DNA of 64,000 bases from Bacteroidota bacterium (GTDB lineage: Bacteria > Bacteroidota > Bacteroidia > AKYH767-A > OLB10), in contig JADJOA010000005.1 in assembly GCA_016714005.1 (NCBI GenBank), positions 167,031 through 231,030 on the forward strand. Reading direction: 5' to 3'. Both the position numbers and the translations under genes were made by a program. This document shows, piece by piece, positions 55,589 through 64,000 of the stretch. Each line of letters begins with the position of its first letter. Position 1 is the stretch's first letter. Under the pieces are notes generated by a model. The model did not search any database, was not told the DNA's origin, and was given only the letters and a program-made list of their open reading frames with translations.

Positions 55589-55645
55589 CTGCACTCGTCC
55601 TTGTCTGAAGCAAAGCCTTGTGCGCTGTGACGAGAATGAGTGCAG
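55589..55645 (+). repeat. solo REP-like hairpin (left-end type of the RAYT-derived element)
   Basis: CTGCACTCGTCCTTGTCTGAAGCAAAGCCTTGTGCGCTGTGACGAGAATGAGTGCAG. The first 46 nt are identical to the left end of copy B. The sequence closes on itself through CTGCACTCGTC / GACGAG(aatgag)TGCAG. Confidence 0.7.
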
Positions 55646-55672
55646 GATTTAGCTGCGAGGGACGTTTTTTTT

Positions 55673-56305
55673 TCAGGATTGGCTGAGAATATACTGGTGG
55701 ATGTTTTTGAAACCGCCAGCCCTTACTTTTTTGTTGATTTTTCCAATGTGTTTGTTGCAGGAGTGGATGGTAACTTGCAGTTGGGAAGCAATTTCGTGGG
55801 TTTGCATGCCGCTTTTATAAAGGCTGAGGAATAATGATTGTGACGGTGTGAACGTGATTTTATGTTCTGCGGTTGTAAGAGGGTATGCCGATGGCGTTAG
55901 CTGCATGAGGCTGTGTATTTGTGCACTTTTGCAGATAAAGACATTGAGCATAGATTGTATTTGAGGCACAGGCGTGTAAATGGGAAGCCCTCCTTTTATG
56001 TTGAGTGTGTTTATGAGATGAGCAGCTGGCGACAGGCGGTGGTGAAAAAAGATGAATGTGTTTACATGGTTGTATTGGCTGATGAAATTTTTAAGTTCAG
56101 TAACGGTTTTGAGGTTACCGAAATCTTCCTGTAAAATTAGGTAGTTGTTATTGTTATTGGGGAGCATTTGCGATAGCCTGCCGGTGTCGCTAACAGAAAT
56201 GATTTCGTTTATGCCTTTCCATTTTTGAATTATTTTATATATGGCAAATTCAATGAGAGGGATGTTTAATGCAAGGAAAACCCTTGTGAGATTGGCGGAG
56301 GTCAT
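55673..56305 (-). CDS. LuxR-family transcriptional regulator with an atypical (pseudo-)receiver N-domain
   Basis: 210 aa with a C-terminal LuxR HTH (FTPSQSLFLSLYKSGMQTHEIASQLQVTIHSCNKHIGKINKKV). The N-terminal domain has a receiver-like length but lacks the acidic DD pocket (RVFLALNIPL). Confidence 0.7.
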   Translation of the reverse strand: MTSANLTRVFLALNIPLIEFAIYKIIQKWKGINEIISVSDTGRLSQMLPNNNNNYLILQEDFGNLKTVTELKNFISQYNHVNTFIFFHHRLSPAAHLINTLNIKGGLPIYTPVPQIQSMLNVFICKSAQIHSLMQLTPSAYPLTTAEHKITFTPSQSLFLSLYKSGMQTHEIASQLQVTIHSCNKHIGKINKKVRAGGFKNIHQYILSQS

Positions 56306-56311
56306 GTGGTT

Positions 56312-56347
56312 GGGTAATTAGGGTAATTAAGGTAATTGGGCTATTAA
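56312..56347. repeat. 9-bp tandem repeat (GGGTAATTA-like, 4 units) immediately upstream of the LuxR-type gene start
   Basis: The sequence gggtaatta gggtaatta aggtaattg ggctattaa begins 7 nt from the ATG at 56305. Confidence 0.7.
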
Positions 56348-56425
56348 GGTTTATGGCATAGTACCCGGTTTAAATTATGATTAGAGAAAAGATAAATGTA
56401 AAAGTATAAGCTCTAATTAATAAAA

Positions 56426-56475
56426 CAAATAGTACTAAAAATGATACCATGCAGTACTAAATTTAGTACTATTTG
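56426..56475. promoter_or_regulatory. candidate operator: 11-bp perfect inverted repeat CAAATAGTACT / AGTACTATTTG with a third AGTACTA between the arms
   Basis: Located in the divergent intergenic region between the LuxR-type gene and the 56642 operon. AGTACTA occurs three times, at 56430-56436, 56453-56459 and 56465-56471. Confidence 0.4.
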
Positions 56476-56641
56476 AAAGTATTGTAAGAGTGAAATTTAT
56501 AAAACAAAGAAACAAGGCAGAGGAATGTGGAACATGGGTTGAAAGAGTGAGTTAAAATGATTGTTAAGTTCTTTGACATATTGGATAGTGAAATGAGGTT
56601 TGACCGGACCTTTTACAAAAAATGGTTAGGGTGAGAACGGC

Positions 56642-57325
56642 ATGAACTCACTGAGAAAAAGGCATGCCCACAAAAACTTTAATACAATGGACAGAAACAG
56701 AAACAATATATTGAACATGTACCTTGCAGTACAATTAGTGATTGCAAAATTTATTTTAAAATGGACCGGGTACACTCCATTTGAAACTGCTAATACAGAA
56801 TTTAATGGATTGGTAGATGACATAAAAGATGTGAATGAATTGCAAAAGGTAATTATTAAAGGTTATACTAAAGAGAAGAGGGAAAAGAAGAGAGCGATGG
56901 CTAATCTTGGAGTTATACTGGCAAAAAAGGTTAGGGCACTTGCATCAGCAAAAAGTAACTATGGTTTGTTTGGCGAAATGAATATAACTTTTAGTAAGTT
57001 GTTTTACATGCGATCGAACTTATCAATTGCTTTTGCAAAGCAGGTTTTGGCAAGCGTAAACGGCATGAGCCCTGAGGAAAGAACCGCGTATGATATAAGC
57101 GCTGAAAATATAAGCAGCTTTAGCAAAGCGATAGATGATTTTGAGGTTGTAAATGCATTGCCAAGAGAAAAAATTGCATTGCGTAAAACAGAATCGAAGA
57201 AGCTTAGCCAATTGTTTAAGAATACAACGGCTGTGTTGAAAGATAAGCTTGATAACCTGATGGAAAATTTTGTTACAAGTGATACTGACTTTTATTCTGA
57301 TTACAAAAATGCAAGGGCATTGTGA
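56642..57325 (+). CDS. hypothetical protein (helical, no family recognised)
   Basis: 227-aa ORF. An alternative start is the ATG at 56686 (MDRNRNNILN...). Its stop overlaps the next ORF's GTG (GTGA at 57322-57325). Confidence 0.4.
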   Translation: MNSLRKRHAHKNFNTMDRNRNNILNMYLAVQLVIAKFILKWTGYTPFETANTEFNGLVDDIKDVNELQKVIIKGYTKEKREKKRAMANLGVILAKKVRALASAKSNYGLFGEMNITFSKLFYMRSNLSIAFAKQVLASVNGMSPEERTAYDISAENISSFSKAIDDFEVVNALPREKIALRKTESKKLSQLFKNTTAVLKDKLDNLMENFVTSDTDFYSDYKNARAL

Positions 57326-57615
57326 ATTTTGTAAGACATACTGCTATTGCCGCTAACGTAACTGCTGTGGGGGGAGAAGATTTGAAGAAGGTGAAGGTAA
57401 CGCTAACCGGTAAGGATAAGGTAACAAACGCGGTGTATGAAACATTTGAAGAGCTTACGGATAAGGATGGTAATATGATTAAGCGCGAACTAAACCCTGA
57501 GTACGAGTGGGATGTAAAGTTTGAATTACCAGCTTATGAGCCTGTTGAGGTAAGGGATATTGATTTATCGCCCGGCAAGCATGAGAAGTTGGAAGTGGTG
57601 CTGAAGAAAATTTAA
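57322..57615 (+). CDS. hypothetical small beta-sandwich-like protein (carboxypeptidase-regulatory-like pattern); may be the C-terminal domain of the preceding ORF
   Basis: 97-aa ORF reading VKVTLTGKDKVTNAVYETFEELTDKDGNMIK...YEPVEVRDIDLSPGKHEKLEVVLKK. A strong terminator follows. The GTG start and 4-nt overlap could equally be another indel artefact. Confidence 0.35.
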   Translation: MNFVRHTAIAANVTAVGGEDLKKVKVTLTGKDKVTNAVYETFEELTDKDGNMIKRELNPEYEWDVKFELPAYEPVEVRDIDLSPGKHEKLEVVLKKI

Positions 57616-57633
57616 AGTAATATGATTGAAGCG

Positions 57634-57671
57634 AAAGTCCCGTCTCTGCTGAGGAGAGACGGGACTTTTTT
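57634..57671 (+). terminator. rho-independent terminator
   Basis: A perfect 13-bp stem AAAGTCCCGTCTC / GAGACGGGACTTT with a 9-nt loop, followed by TTTTTT. Confidence 0.85.
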
Positions 57672-57749
57672 ACAAACATTGCAGTAACATTGAGGGAACA
57701 ACCAATGCACTGTGTGGTTTCATCAATTTCCCAATAGAAATTTATTGCT

Positions 57750-58070
57750 TCAGTTTTTGTTTTTCTTGTGCCTGGTTTTATCACGTTTGGTCTTTTTGGC
57801 AATGTTTTTTTTAAATGCATCGGTTAAGTCGGTGTTGGTTTGGTTGGCAATACAAATAAGTACAAATAGTACATCAGCCATTTCATCGGCAAGGTTAGCT
57901 TGTTTGTCTTTCTTTTTAAAAGATTGCTCGCCATAAGTGCGTGCTATTACTCTCGCCATTTCTCCAACCTCTTCGGTAAGCAATGCCATGTTGGTTAGCT
58001 CATTAAAATACCGTACACCATGTTGTTTAATCCATTTGTCAATGGTTAGCTGAGCGTTTTTTATTGTCAT
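57750..58070 (-). CDS. MazG-like nucleotide pyrophosphohydrolase
   Basis: 106 aa with the EEVGEMAR and ADEMADVLF motifs of the small MazG/YpjD family. Confidence 0.8.
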   Translation of the reverse strand: MTIKNAQLTIDKWIKQHGVRYFNELTNMALLTEEVGEMARVIARTYGEQSFKKKDKQANLADEMADVLFVLICIANQTNTDLTDAFKKNIAKKTKRDKTRHKKNKN

Positions 58071-58225
58071 ATAAAGTAAAGATTTTTATGCTTGAAAAAT
58101 ATTAATTGCTGTTTGCAAATGCAGTTGCTTAACAGCGTGAACAATTATAGCGATAAATTTATTTACCAATAGACTACAACAAAACGCTCAACCTTCTTAC
58201 ATTTGAAACGACAAAACATTTCCTT

Positions 58226-59542
58226 ATGAAAAAGAAAATCAGTACCGCTTTGCTAGGTGTTTTACTGTTGGTGTCTTATGCAAAATCTCAACCGGCATGG
58301 AACAACATACCCTCTGCCCCCACTAATGGCCGGTTTGATGATATTAGTGTAATTAATGATTCAACAGCATTTACCGGGCAGGATGGTTACATCTATAAAA
58401 CTACAGACAAAGGCAATACATGGAATCTGATTTCTACGCTTGACAGTGTTGGAGGTGGTTACATCAGAAGTATAGAATTTGTTAACGACACCATTGGCTT
58501 GCCGGTATGTTATATTCTGCTGCACCGCTTTTAGGAAACACCTACAAAACCACCGATGGTGGTTATACATGGACGCTGCTTCAAAACATGCAAATACAAA
58601 GCAACGATGGCATTTGCGGTATGGCGCATTATGGCAATACCTTAATTGCTGTTGGAACTTATTCAGGTCCATCATGGCTTTACAGAACTAACAACTTTGG
58701 TGCAAGTTGGACCAAAACCAACCTTGGAGCTTTTGCATCGGGCCTGGTTGACTGTTATATGATAAGCAACGATACCATACTTGTAGCGGGCATTGCCGAT
58801 GCAGCCAACAATTTTGCGGCTACCATATTGCGCTCTGTTGATGGGGGTGCGCAATGGACTCGTGTTTACCTCGCTCCTACTCCACAATCTTACTGCTGGA
58901 AAATATTTATGCGGCCAAATGGTTTGGGGCTTGCATCGGTGCAGTATGGCTCGCCAATAGTAGCCAGAACAACTGATGGCGGAACAACGTGGTTTAACGT
59001 TACTGTTTACAACTCGGCAACCAGCGACACGGGCGGAATTGGTTTACTAAACGACACATTGGGATGGGTGTTTGATCAGTATGATTTTGGCACGTGGCAA
59101 ACAACTGACGGTGGTCTTACATGGAGTGCTTTGCCAGCATCACCCGTAGAATCGGGATACCGCTTTGAAGTGTTTGATTCCATTACAGCTTTGGTAACCG
59201 GTTCTTCAGTTTACAAGTATGCTTCAGGAACCACAGGGGTTGCAGGCGTAAAACCTTTAAAAAATAAAATTCACTCTCTTATCGTTAGCCCTAACCCGGC
59301 ACAAAAAGAAATTAGCATTTCAGTAAATGCCGGGCAAAATACCTTCGGTTTGCTTTTTATTACTGATGAAAAAGGAAATGTGATTAGAAACACAAAGACA
59401 ACCATTTGTAAAGGTGAAAGTAAAATCAATAGAAACGTGAGCAATTTAACGGCGAAGGCACCTACCGTAGTTCACTGGCGAACCAATGAATTGTTTTTTG
59501 GCTGAAAAGTTTACTGTTGTTAAAAAAAAGCTGATGCGCTAA
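58226..59542 (+). pseudogene. secreted BNR/Ycf48-like beta-propeller protein with T9SS C-terminal sorting domain, two frameshifts as read
   Basis: Signal peptide (ALLGVLLLVSYAKSQ). Repeated TTDxGxTW blades (YKTTDKGNTW, YKTTDGGYTW, RSVDGGAQW, RTTDGGTTW, QTTDGGLTW). The CTD reads LIVSPNPAQKEISISV... Shifts lie near 58510 and 59500 (continuing ...LFFAEKFTVVKKK). Confidence 0.65.
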
Positions 59543-60288
59543 TTGCTCAACCGCTGCCTTACCACTTCAAACAAAACCACGCTTGCAGCGGCTGATACGT
59601 TTAGTGAATCTAACTCCTCTTGTATAGGTATTTTAACAAGGTAATCGGCAGCTTTAAGTAAATCGCGGGTAATACCGTTTTCTTCTGAGCCCATTATAAT
59701 GGCAACGGGTTCTTTAAAATCCGCTTCGTAAATGTGTTCACTTGCTTTTTCGGTGCTTGCAAAAATCCTTACGCCCGATTGTTTTAAAAACTTAACAGCA
59801 TTTAGCAAGTGCTGCCTGCAAACCGGTATTTTATGCAAAGCCCCTGCAGATGTTTTAACGGCATCGGCATTAATTTGTGCAGAGCCTTTTTCGGGAATTA
59901 TTATTGCATCTACACCGGCACACAATGCACTACGCGTCATAGCGCCAAAGTTTCTTACATCGGTTATATGATCACAAATTAACAGCAATGGCACCTTGCC
60001 CTTTTCAAACAACGCGGGCAGTATATCTTCTATGTTATGGTAAGTAATCATAGAAATAAAAGCCACCACGCCCTGGTGATTGCCCCTTACCATACGGTTT
60101 ATTTTTTCGGGAGGCACGGGCTTGTAGGTAACCTGGTTTTTTTTGAGCAGCGTGCGCAGTTCATTCATTAACGGGTTGCTTATGCCCTGTTGTATAAAAA
60201 TGCTTTCTATTTCCTTGCCTGCTTCCACAGCTTCTATCACTGCGCGCGTGCCATATATTAAATTTGTTTTTTCTGTTTGTGGTCTCAT
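59539..60288 (-). CDS. rlmB: 23S rRNA (guanosine-2'-O)-methyltransferase, SpoU/TrmH family (RlmB-type)
   Basis: 249 aa with an N-terminal substrate-binding domain (IYGTRAVIEAVEAGKEI) and SpoU motifs (DHITDVRNFGAMTRSA, IIMGSEENGI, IPIQEELDSLNVSAAAS). Confidence 0.85.
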   Translation of the reverse strand: MRPQTEKTNLIYGTRAVIEAVEAGKEIESIFIQQGISNPLMNELRTLLKKNQVTYKPVPPEKINRMVRGNHQGVVAFISMITYHNIEDILPALFEKGKVPLLLICDHITDVRNFGAMTRSALCAGVDAIIIPEKGSAQINADAVKTSAGALHKIPVCRQHLLNAVKFLKQSGVRIFASTEKASEHIYEADFKEPVAIIMGSEENGITRDLLKAADYLVKIPIQEELDSLNVSAAASVVLFEVVRQRLSN

Positions 60289-60291
60289 GTG

Positions 60292-61550
60292 TCAGTCTCT
60301 GGTATCTATTCGTCCCTGTCTCCAGCGGTCAACAGCCATGTACCATACAGGCTCATAAGATTGCTGACGTTCAAGTTCAAAATCATTATCGGTAAAAGGG
60401 TTGCTTATTCTTTTAAAAGTAAAGGACAGGTTTCCGTAACCGGGTGTATATGCGTATTCCCAGTATTCTTTTTCGTCACTTACATACACCACCTGTGGTT
60501 TGCCAAACACAAGATAAATCATTCCGCGGTCTGTTTTCCAGCCTTGAAGGTACGAAGTAAAAAAACGGTTTGCATCCTGCATCCTCGAATAATATTCAAG
60601 CAATAATCTTCGTGCGCGGTCGCGGTTGCCGCTTAGCTCAACCCAAAAATTATCTACCGCTTCCTTTTTATCGGTAGCAGTTTTTAGTTTATCGTATTCT
60701 TTGTTGGAAGTGATGTAACGCAATCCTTCTATAAGTTGGGTGGCATGGGTTACCAACGGAAAATCATCATCAAAATAAAACAGTGTTAATCCCTTTAACA
60801 AAGTACTGTCATATTGAAAATGATAAATGCCCGGAAGGGGAGCTGAAAAATTCTTCAACTCATCATCCGTTACCATTTTAGAAATGCTTGACGTGTAACT
60901 GAATTTGTTTTCTTCCATCATCACAAAAGGAGGCCTGGCAACAGGATAATCTTTATTAAAATATCTTAAATACAAATTTTTGTTTGCCTCATTACCCGTT
61001 ACAGAAACACGTGATAACAGGTGTAATATGTGTCCCGAAAAGGGTAGCCTGTGTTATCGGTTACAAAAAAAGTTTGGGGTGATTGTGCCGTTTTGTCAAA
61101 CAACAAAAAATCTTCTTTTAGCACATTGCGGTTTAAATCGCGTAGCGCAAAATGCAATACCCCTTTTTGTGATTTTAGTTTCAGCAAAAAATTTTTGTAC
61201 AGCACCACGGTTGAATCCTGCCTGTGTTCAGGAGAAAAAATAAAAGAGGCGCTGTCAACTATTGTTTTAGTGGTAAAATCGGGGAAGGAATTTACAATCA
61301 AATAGAGTCTTGAGGCAAAAGCATTGTTCTCGTCTTTTTTAAACAGGATATCTTTAAGCGGCAGCCTCAAATACAAAACAGTAGAATCGGCACTGCGGTG
61401 TTCAACCACATACTGCGGGTTTAGCTGCAAACGTGTAGTGTAATATTTATCAGCCACATTTTTATTGCTGAGCTTGCCGGAGCGGCATGCAGCAAAAAAC
61501 GCTGCACACAAAACAATAAACATAAGTTGCTTAATCACTGCTGACTTCAT
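60292..61550 (-). pseudogene. GWxTD domain-containing protein, frameshifted as read
   Basis: 60999-61550 is the N-terminal part with a signal peptide (LMFIVLCAAFFAAC). 60292-60975 contains GWKTDRGMIYLVFGKPQ. The shift is near 60975-61000. Confidence 0.8.
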
Positions 61551-62858
61551 TGGCGCGTTCTACTAATGTGGGTGGTAACGATTTGGTTGCTTTTGCACCA
61601 AGGTCTTTCATTTTTGTGCACGGTTTACAAGGTTTCCTGTGCCCTCATACAACTTTTTCATGGCTTCGGTATAATCTGATTTTGCGCTGTCCATTTTTGC
61701 CAACGTTGGTAAGGTCTTCAACAAACGCATGTAGTTTATCATACATCTTCCCTCCTTCTTCGGCTATCAGCAGTGCGTTTTTAACCTGCCGCTCCTGTTT
61801 CCATATTGAAGCAATGGTGCGCAAGGTGGCAAGCAGGTGGTGGGACTTACAATTACAATTTTCCTGTCCCATGCAAAGTTGTACAAATCGGCATCAGCCT
61901 GCAGCGCCAAACTAAATGCAGATTCCATGGGCATAAACAACAACACAAAATCGGGCGACTGGTAACCGGCAGCCGTCTGGTAATTTTTATCGCTTAACAG
62001 TTTTATGTGGCTGCGTACAGAGTCAATATGCTGTTTTGAAAAACGCTCCCTTTGCTCATCCTCTGCAGTGGCAACGTAACCGTTATACGCCACAAGCGAA
62101 ACCTTAGAGTCAATAATCAAATGCTTTTGATCGGGCAAAAACACCACCACATCAGGCTTTATCTTTTCACCGTCCACATTGGTGGTAACCACCTGTGTTT
62201 TGTACTCATGGTCTTTAATTAAGCCCGATGATTCTAATATTTTCTCCAGCACCAGCTCTCCCCAGTTGCCCTGCATTTTGTTATCCCCTTTAAGGGCAGT
62301 GGCAAGGTTGTTGGCATCGGTGCTTAATTGCTTATTTAAATCAAGGAGGTTTTTTATTTGTTCTTTTAATGATATGCGCTCTGTTGATTCCGCTTTATAA
62401 GTCTTCTCTACCTTCTCTTCAAAATCTTTTATTTTCTCTTTAAGCGGATTTAAAATAACATCCAGGTTATTGCGGTTTTGCTCGGTAAACTTCTGCGATT
62501 TTTCTTCTAATATTTTATTGGCAAGGTTTTCAAATTCTTTCTGGAATTTTTGTTGCAAATCGTTTACTTCTTGCTTTTGCTCAAGCAATTTCTGATTAAG
62601 GTTTGTCAGTTCAGTACTCGGCTTTGAGTTTTGTATAGAATAGGTGTTTACTTTTTCGCGCTCGGTGGTTAGCAGGCTATCCGTTTTTCTGTAATCGTCA
62701 GCAGCTTTTTTCAATGCATCTTCTGCAATGCTTTTTTGTTTATCAAGTTGTGTGTAAGATTCAAGCGTAATGTAAGCAGGCAAAGACGATTTTGATTTTA
62801 TAAGCCATGCAATGATGCCTCCAAGCACTGCCCCCGCAATAAGAAAAACTATTTCCAT
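61531..62858 (-). pseudogene. rmuC: DNA recombination protein RmuC, two to three frameshifts as read
   Basis: The 363-aa ORF has an N-terminal TM, a coiled coil and an RmuC core (GNWGELVLEKILESSGL..., VVFLPDQKHLIIDSKVSL, DFVLLFMPMESAF). It continues in other frames (SPTTLLATLRTIASIWKQERQVKNA..., ...AMKKLYEGTGNLVNRAQKMKDLGAKATKSLPPTLVERANEVSSD*). The 3' end overlaps the GWxTD start by about 20 nt. Confidence 0.8.
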
Positions 62859-62949
62859 TTATATAATAATGAGTTGCGGTAAAGGTAAAAAATGTTTGGA
62901 GGCTTAGATTAAGTATATTAAGCTAATTCATGAAAGCCGTAAATATTGA

Positions 62950-63480
62950 TTATTCATTACCTCTCATAGCTTTATAAATCTTTACCGCTGCCATCATAAA
63001 TACCATAAAAGCAGCCATGCTAACGGCAAGGTAAACAACGTTCAGCTCCTGCCTAATCATTACCAGCAGGACTATAGATACAAGCAAAACAGTAGGTACC
63101 TCATTCCATACTCTTAATTGTGAGCTGGTGTATTTAAATACCTTGTTTTTTTGCTGAGCATACACAAGGTGAAGAGAAGTGTGATACAAGAGAAGCAATA
63201 ACACACAAATAAGTTTAATGATCATCCAGCCGGGTAGCTGCCCAAAGGAATGAAGCAGCCACAATCCTATAACAACGGTAAGGATAGCCGATGGCAGCGT
63301 TATGCCAAACAGCAGCCGTTTTATCATCAGGTTAAACTGATGTTGCAAAATGCTTTTTTCCGGTTCGGGTTTGGCGTTTGCTTCGGTATTGTAAACAAAC
63401 AAGCGGCAGAGGTAAAACATACCACTGAACCATGTTACAATAAAAACAATATGAAAAGCTTTTAAATAAAAATAGAACAT
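62950..63480 (-). CDS. hemJ: protoporphyrinogen IX oxidase HemJ (CopD-like, TIGR00701 family)
   Basis: I prefer the start at MFYFYLKAFHIVFIVTWFSGMFYLCRLFVY... There are four TM helices, and the conserved H in helix 1 is typical of HemJ. Confidence 0.7.
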   Translation of the reverse strand: MFYFYLKAFHIVFIVTWFSGMFYLCRLFVYNTEANAKPEPEKSILQHQFNLMIKRLLFGITLPSAILTVVIGLWLLHSFGQLPGWMIIKLICVLLLLLYHTSLHLVYAQQKNKVFKYTSSQLRVWNEVPTVLLVSIVLLVMIRQELNVVYLAVSMAAFMVFMMAAVKIYKAMRGNE

Positions 63481-63490
63481 ACGCTTAAAA

Positions 63491-64000
63491 CTATTGCAAA
63501 GTAAACACAATGCATTTTAAAACCTGACTACCCCCCACCCCATTCAAAAAATCGGCTTTGGCAAAGTGTGTTTTAAGATTAAATGCTGCAAAATATCTTT
63601 TTTTAACATGATACCTCAAACCCAAGCGCTGGTAAAGAATGCCATCGTCCGTCAGCTGCGAATAAACATAAAAGCCCTGCTGCACAAGCATAGTCAGGTT
63701 GCCCATTTTAAAACTGTAAGAAGCATTAACTCCTGGTCTGAAAGGGGTAAAATCATCAGTTATTGCACCGCGGTTGTCAAGCCGTTGCGTTATGGAAGGG
63801 TCATGCAGTAAATCAACACCCAAGCCATACGCGCTTACAGGTTTAAACTGCCGCATGGCTAAAAGGGATAATTGTGTAATAAAAAAATCGGGGCCAATGG
63901 CGGGATAGTTTTGTTTAACACCAAATACCAACGCAACGGATTTTTCCCATTTTTTACTTCCTGATTGCTCAACGTTTCTTTCAATAGGTTTTTTATCTCC
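63491..64000 (-). CDS. outer-membrane beta-barrel protein, acyloxyacyl hydrolase (PagL)-like; 5' end lies outside the window
   Basis: The frame is open to the window edge (GDKKPIERNVEQSGSKKWEKSVALVFGVKQ...). An alternating beta-strand pattern ends ...FNLKTHFAKADF. A probable indel in the T-run at about 63548-63553 would move the stop to 63528-63530. Confidence 0.4.
   Translation of the reverse strand, partial: GDKKPIERNVEQSGSKKWEKSVALVFGVKQNYPAIGPDFFITQLSLLAMRQFKPVSAYGLGVDLLHDPSITQRLDNRGAITDDFTPFRPGVNASYSFKMGNLTMLVQQGFYVYSQLTDDGILYQRLGLRYHVKKRYFAAFNLKTHFAKADFLNGVGGSQVLKCIVFTLQ

Overview
This is a 64-kb chromosomal segment of a Bacteroidota-type genome. The assignment rests on many type IX secretion (T9SS) C-terminal sorting domains, a GWxTD protein, a TonB-dependent receptor with an N-terminal carboxypeptidase-regulatory-like domain, and HemJ. 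G+C is about 40% by eye. Most content is housekeeping or envelope genes: upp, a nucleoside phosphorylase, a tsaC-like gene, an envelope glycosylation cluster (methyltransferase-GT2, methyltransferase, GT39-like), fsa/tal, an amino-acid permease, an SDR, a tandem Ddl-Ddl ATP-grasp fusion, miaE, lipA, ispE, gdhA, and a TonB-dependent receptor. It also holds a full Pho cluster (porin-pstS-pstS-pstC-pstA-pstB-phoU), a tandem array of T9SS beta-propeller paralogs, DUF389, SLC13, MscS, Crp/Fnr, GNAT-nitrilase, Usp, a LuxR-type regulator, a MazG-like gene, rlmB, GWxTD, rmuC and hemJ. I recognised no rRNA, tRNA or CRISPR array. About 40 reading-frame breaks occur across the window, and nearly all that I traced by hand sit in short homopolymer runs. 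Many of the genes are therefore interrupted as read, either by homopolymer sequencing error or by real decay. I report these as single merged loci typed pseudogene. The most interesting items are: (1) an A+T-rich, translationally coupled two-gene cassette (221-aa soluble protein plus 425-aa multi-TM/coiled-coil protein) at 20.0-22.2 kb between core genes, which is a candidate uncharacterised defence or abortive-infection-type module; (2) a family of ~290-bp elements derived from a REP-associated tyrosine transposase (RAYT), with solo REP hairpins, bracketing two small accessory genes; (3) a ~130-bp MITE-like repeat with GACACAGATTYACAGATT inverted termini; (4) an ~800-bp ORF-poor, cytosine-depleted region at 40.7-41.5 kb. 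All calls rest on manual translation and motif recognition. No database search or computation was run.
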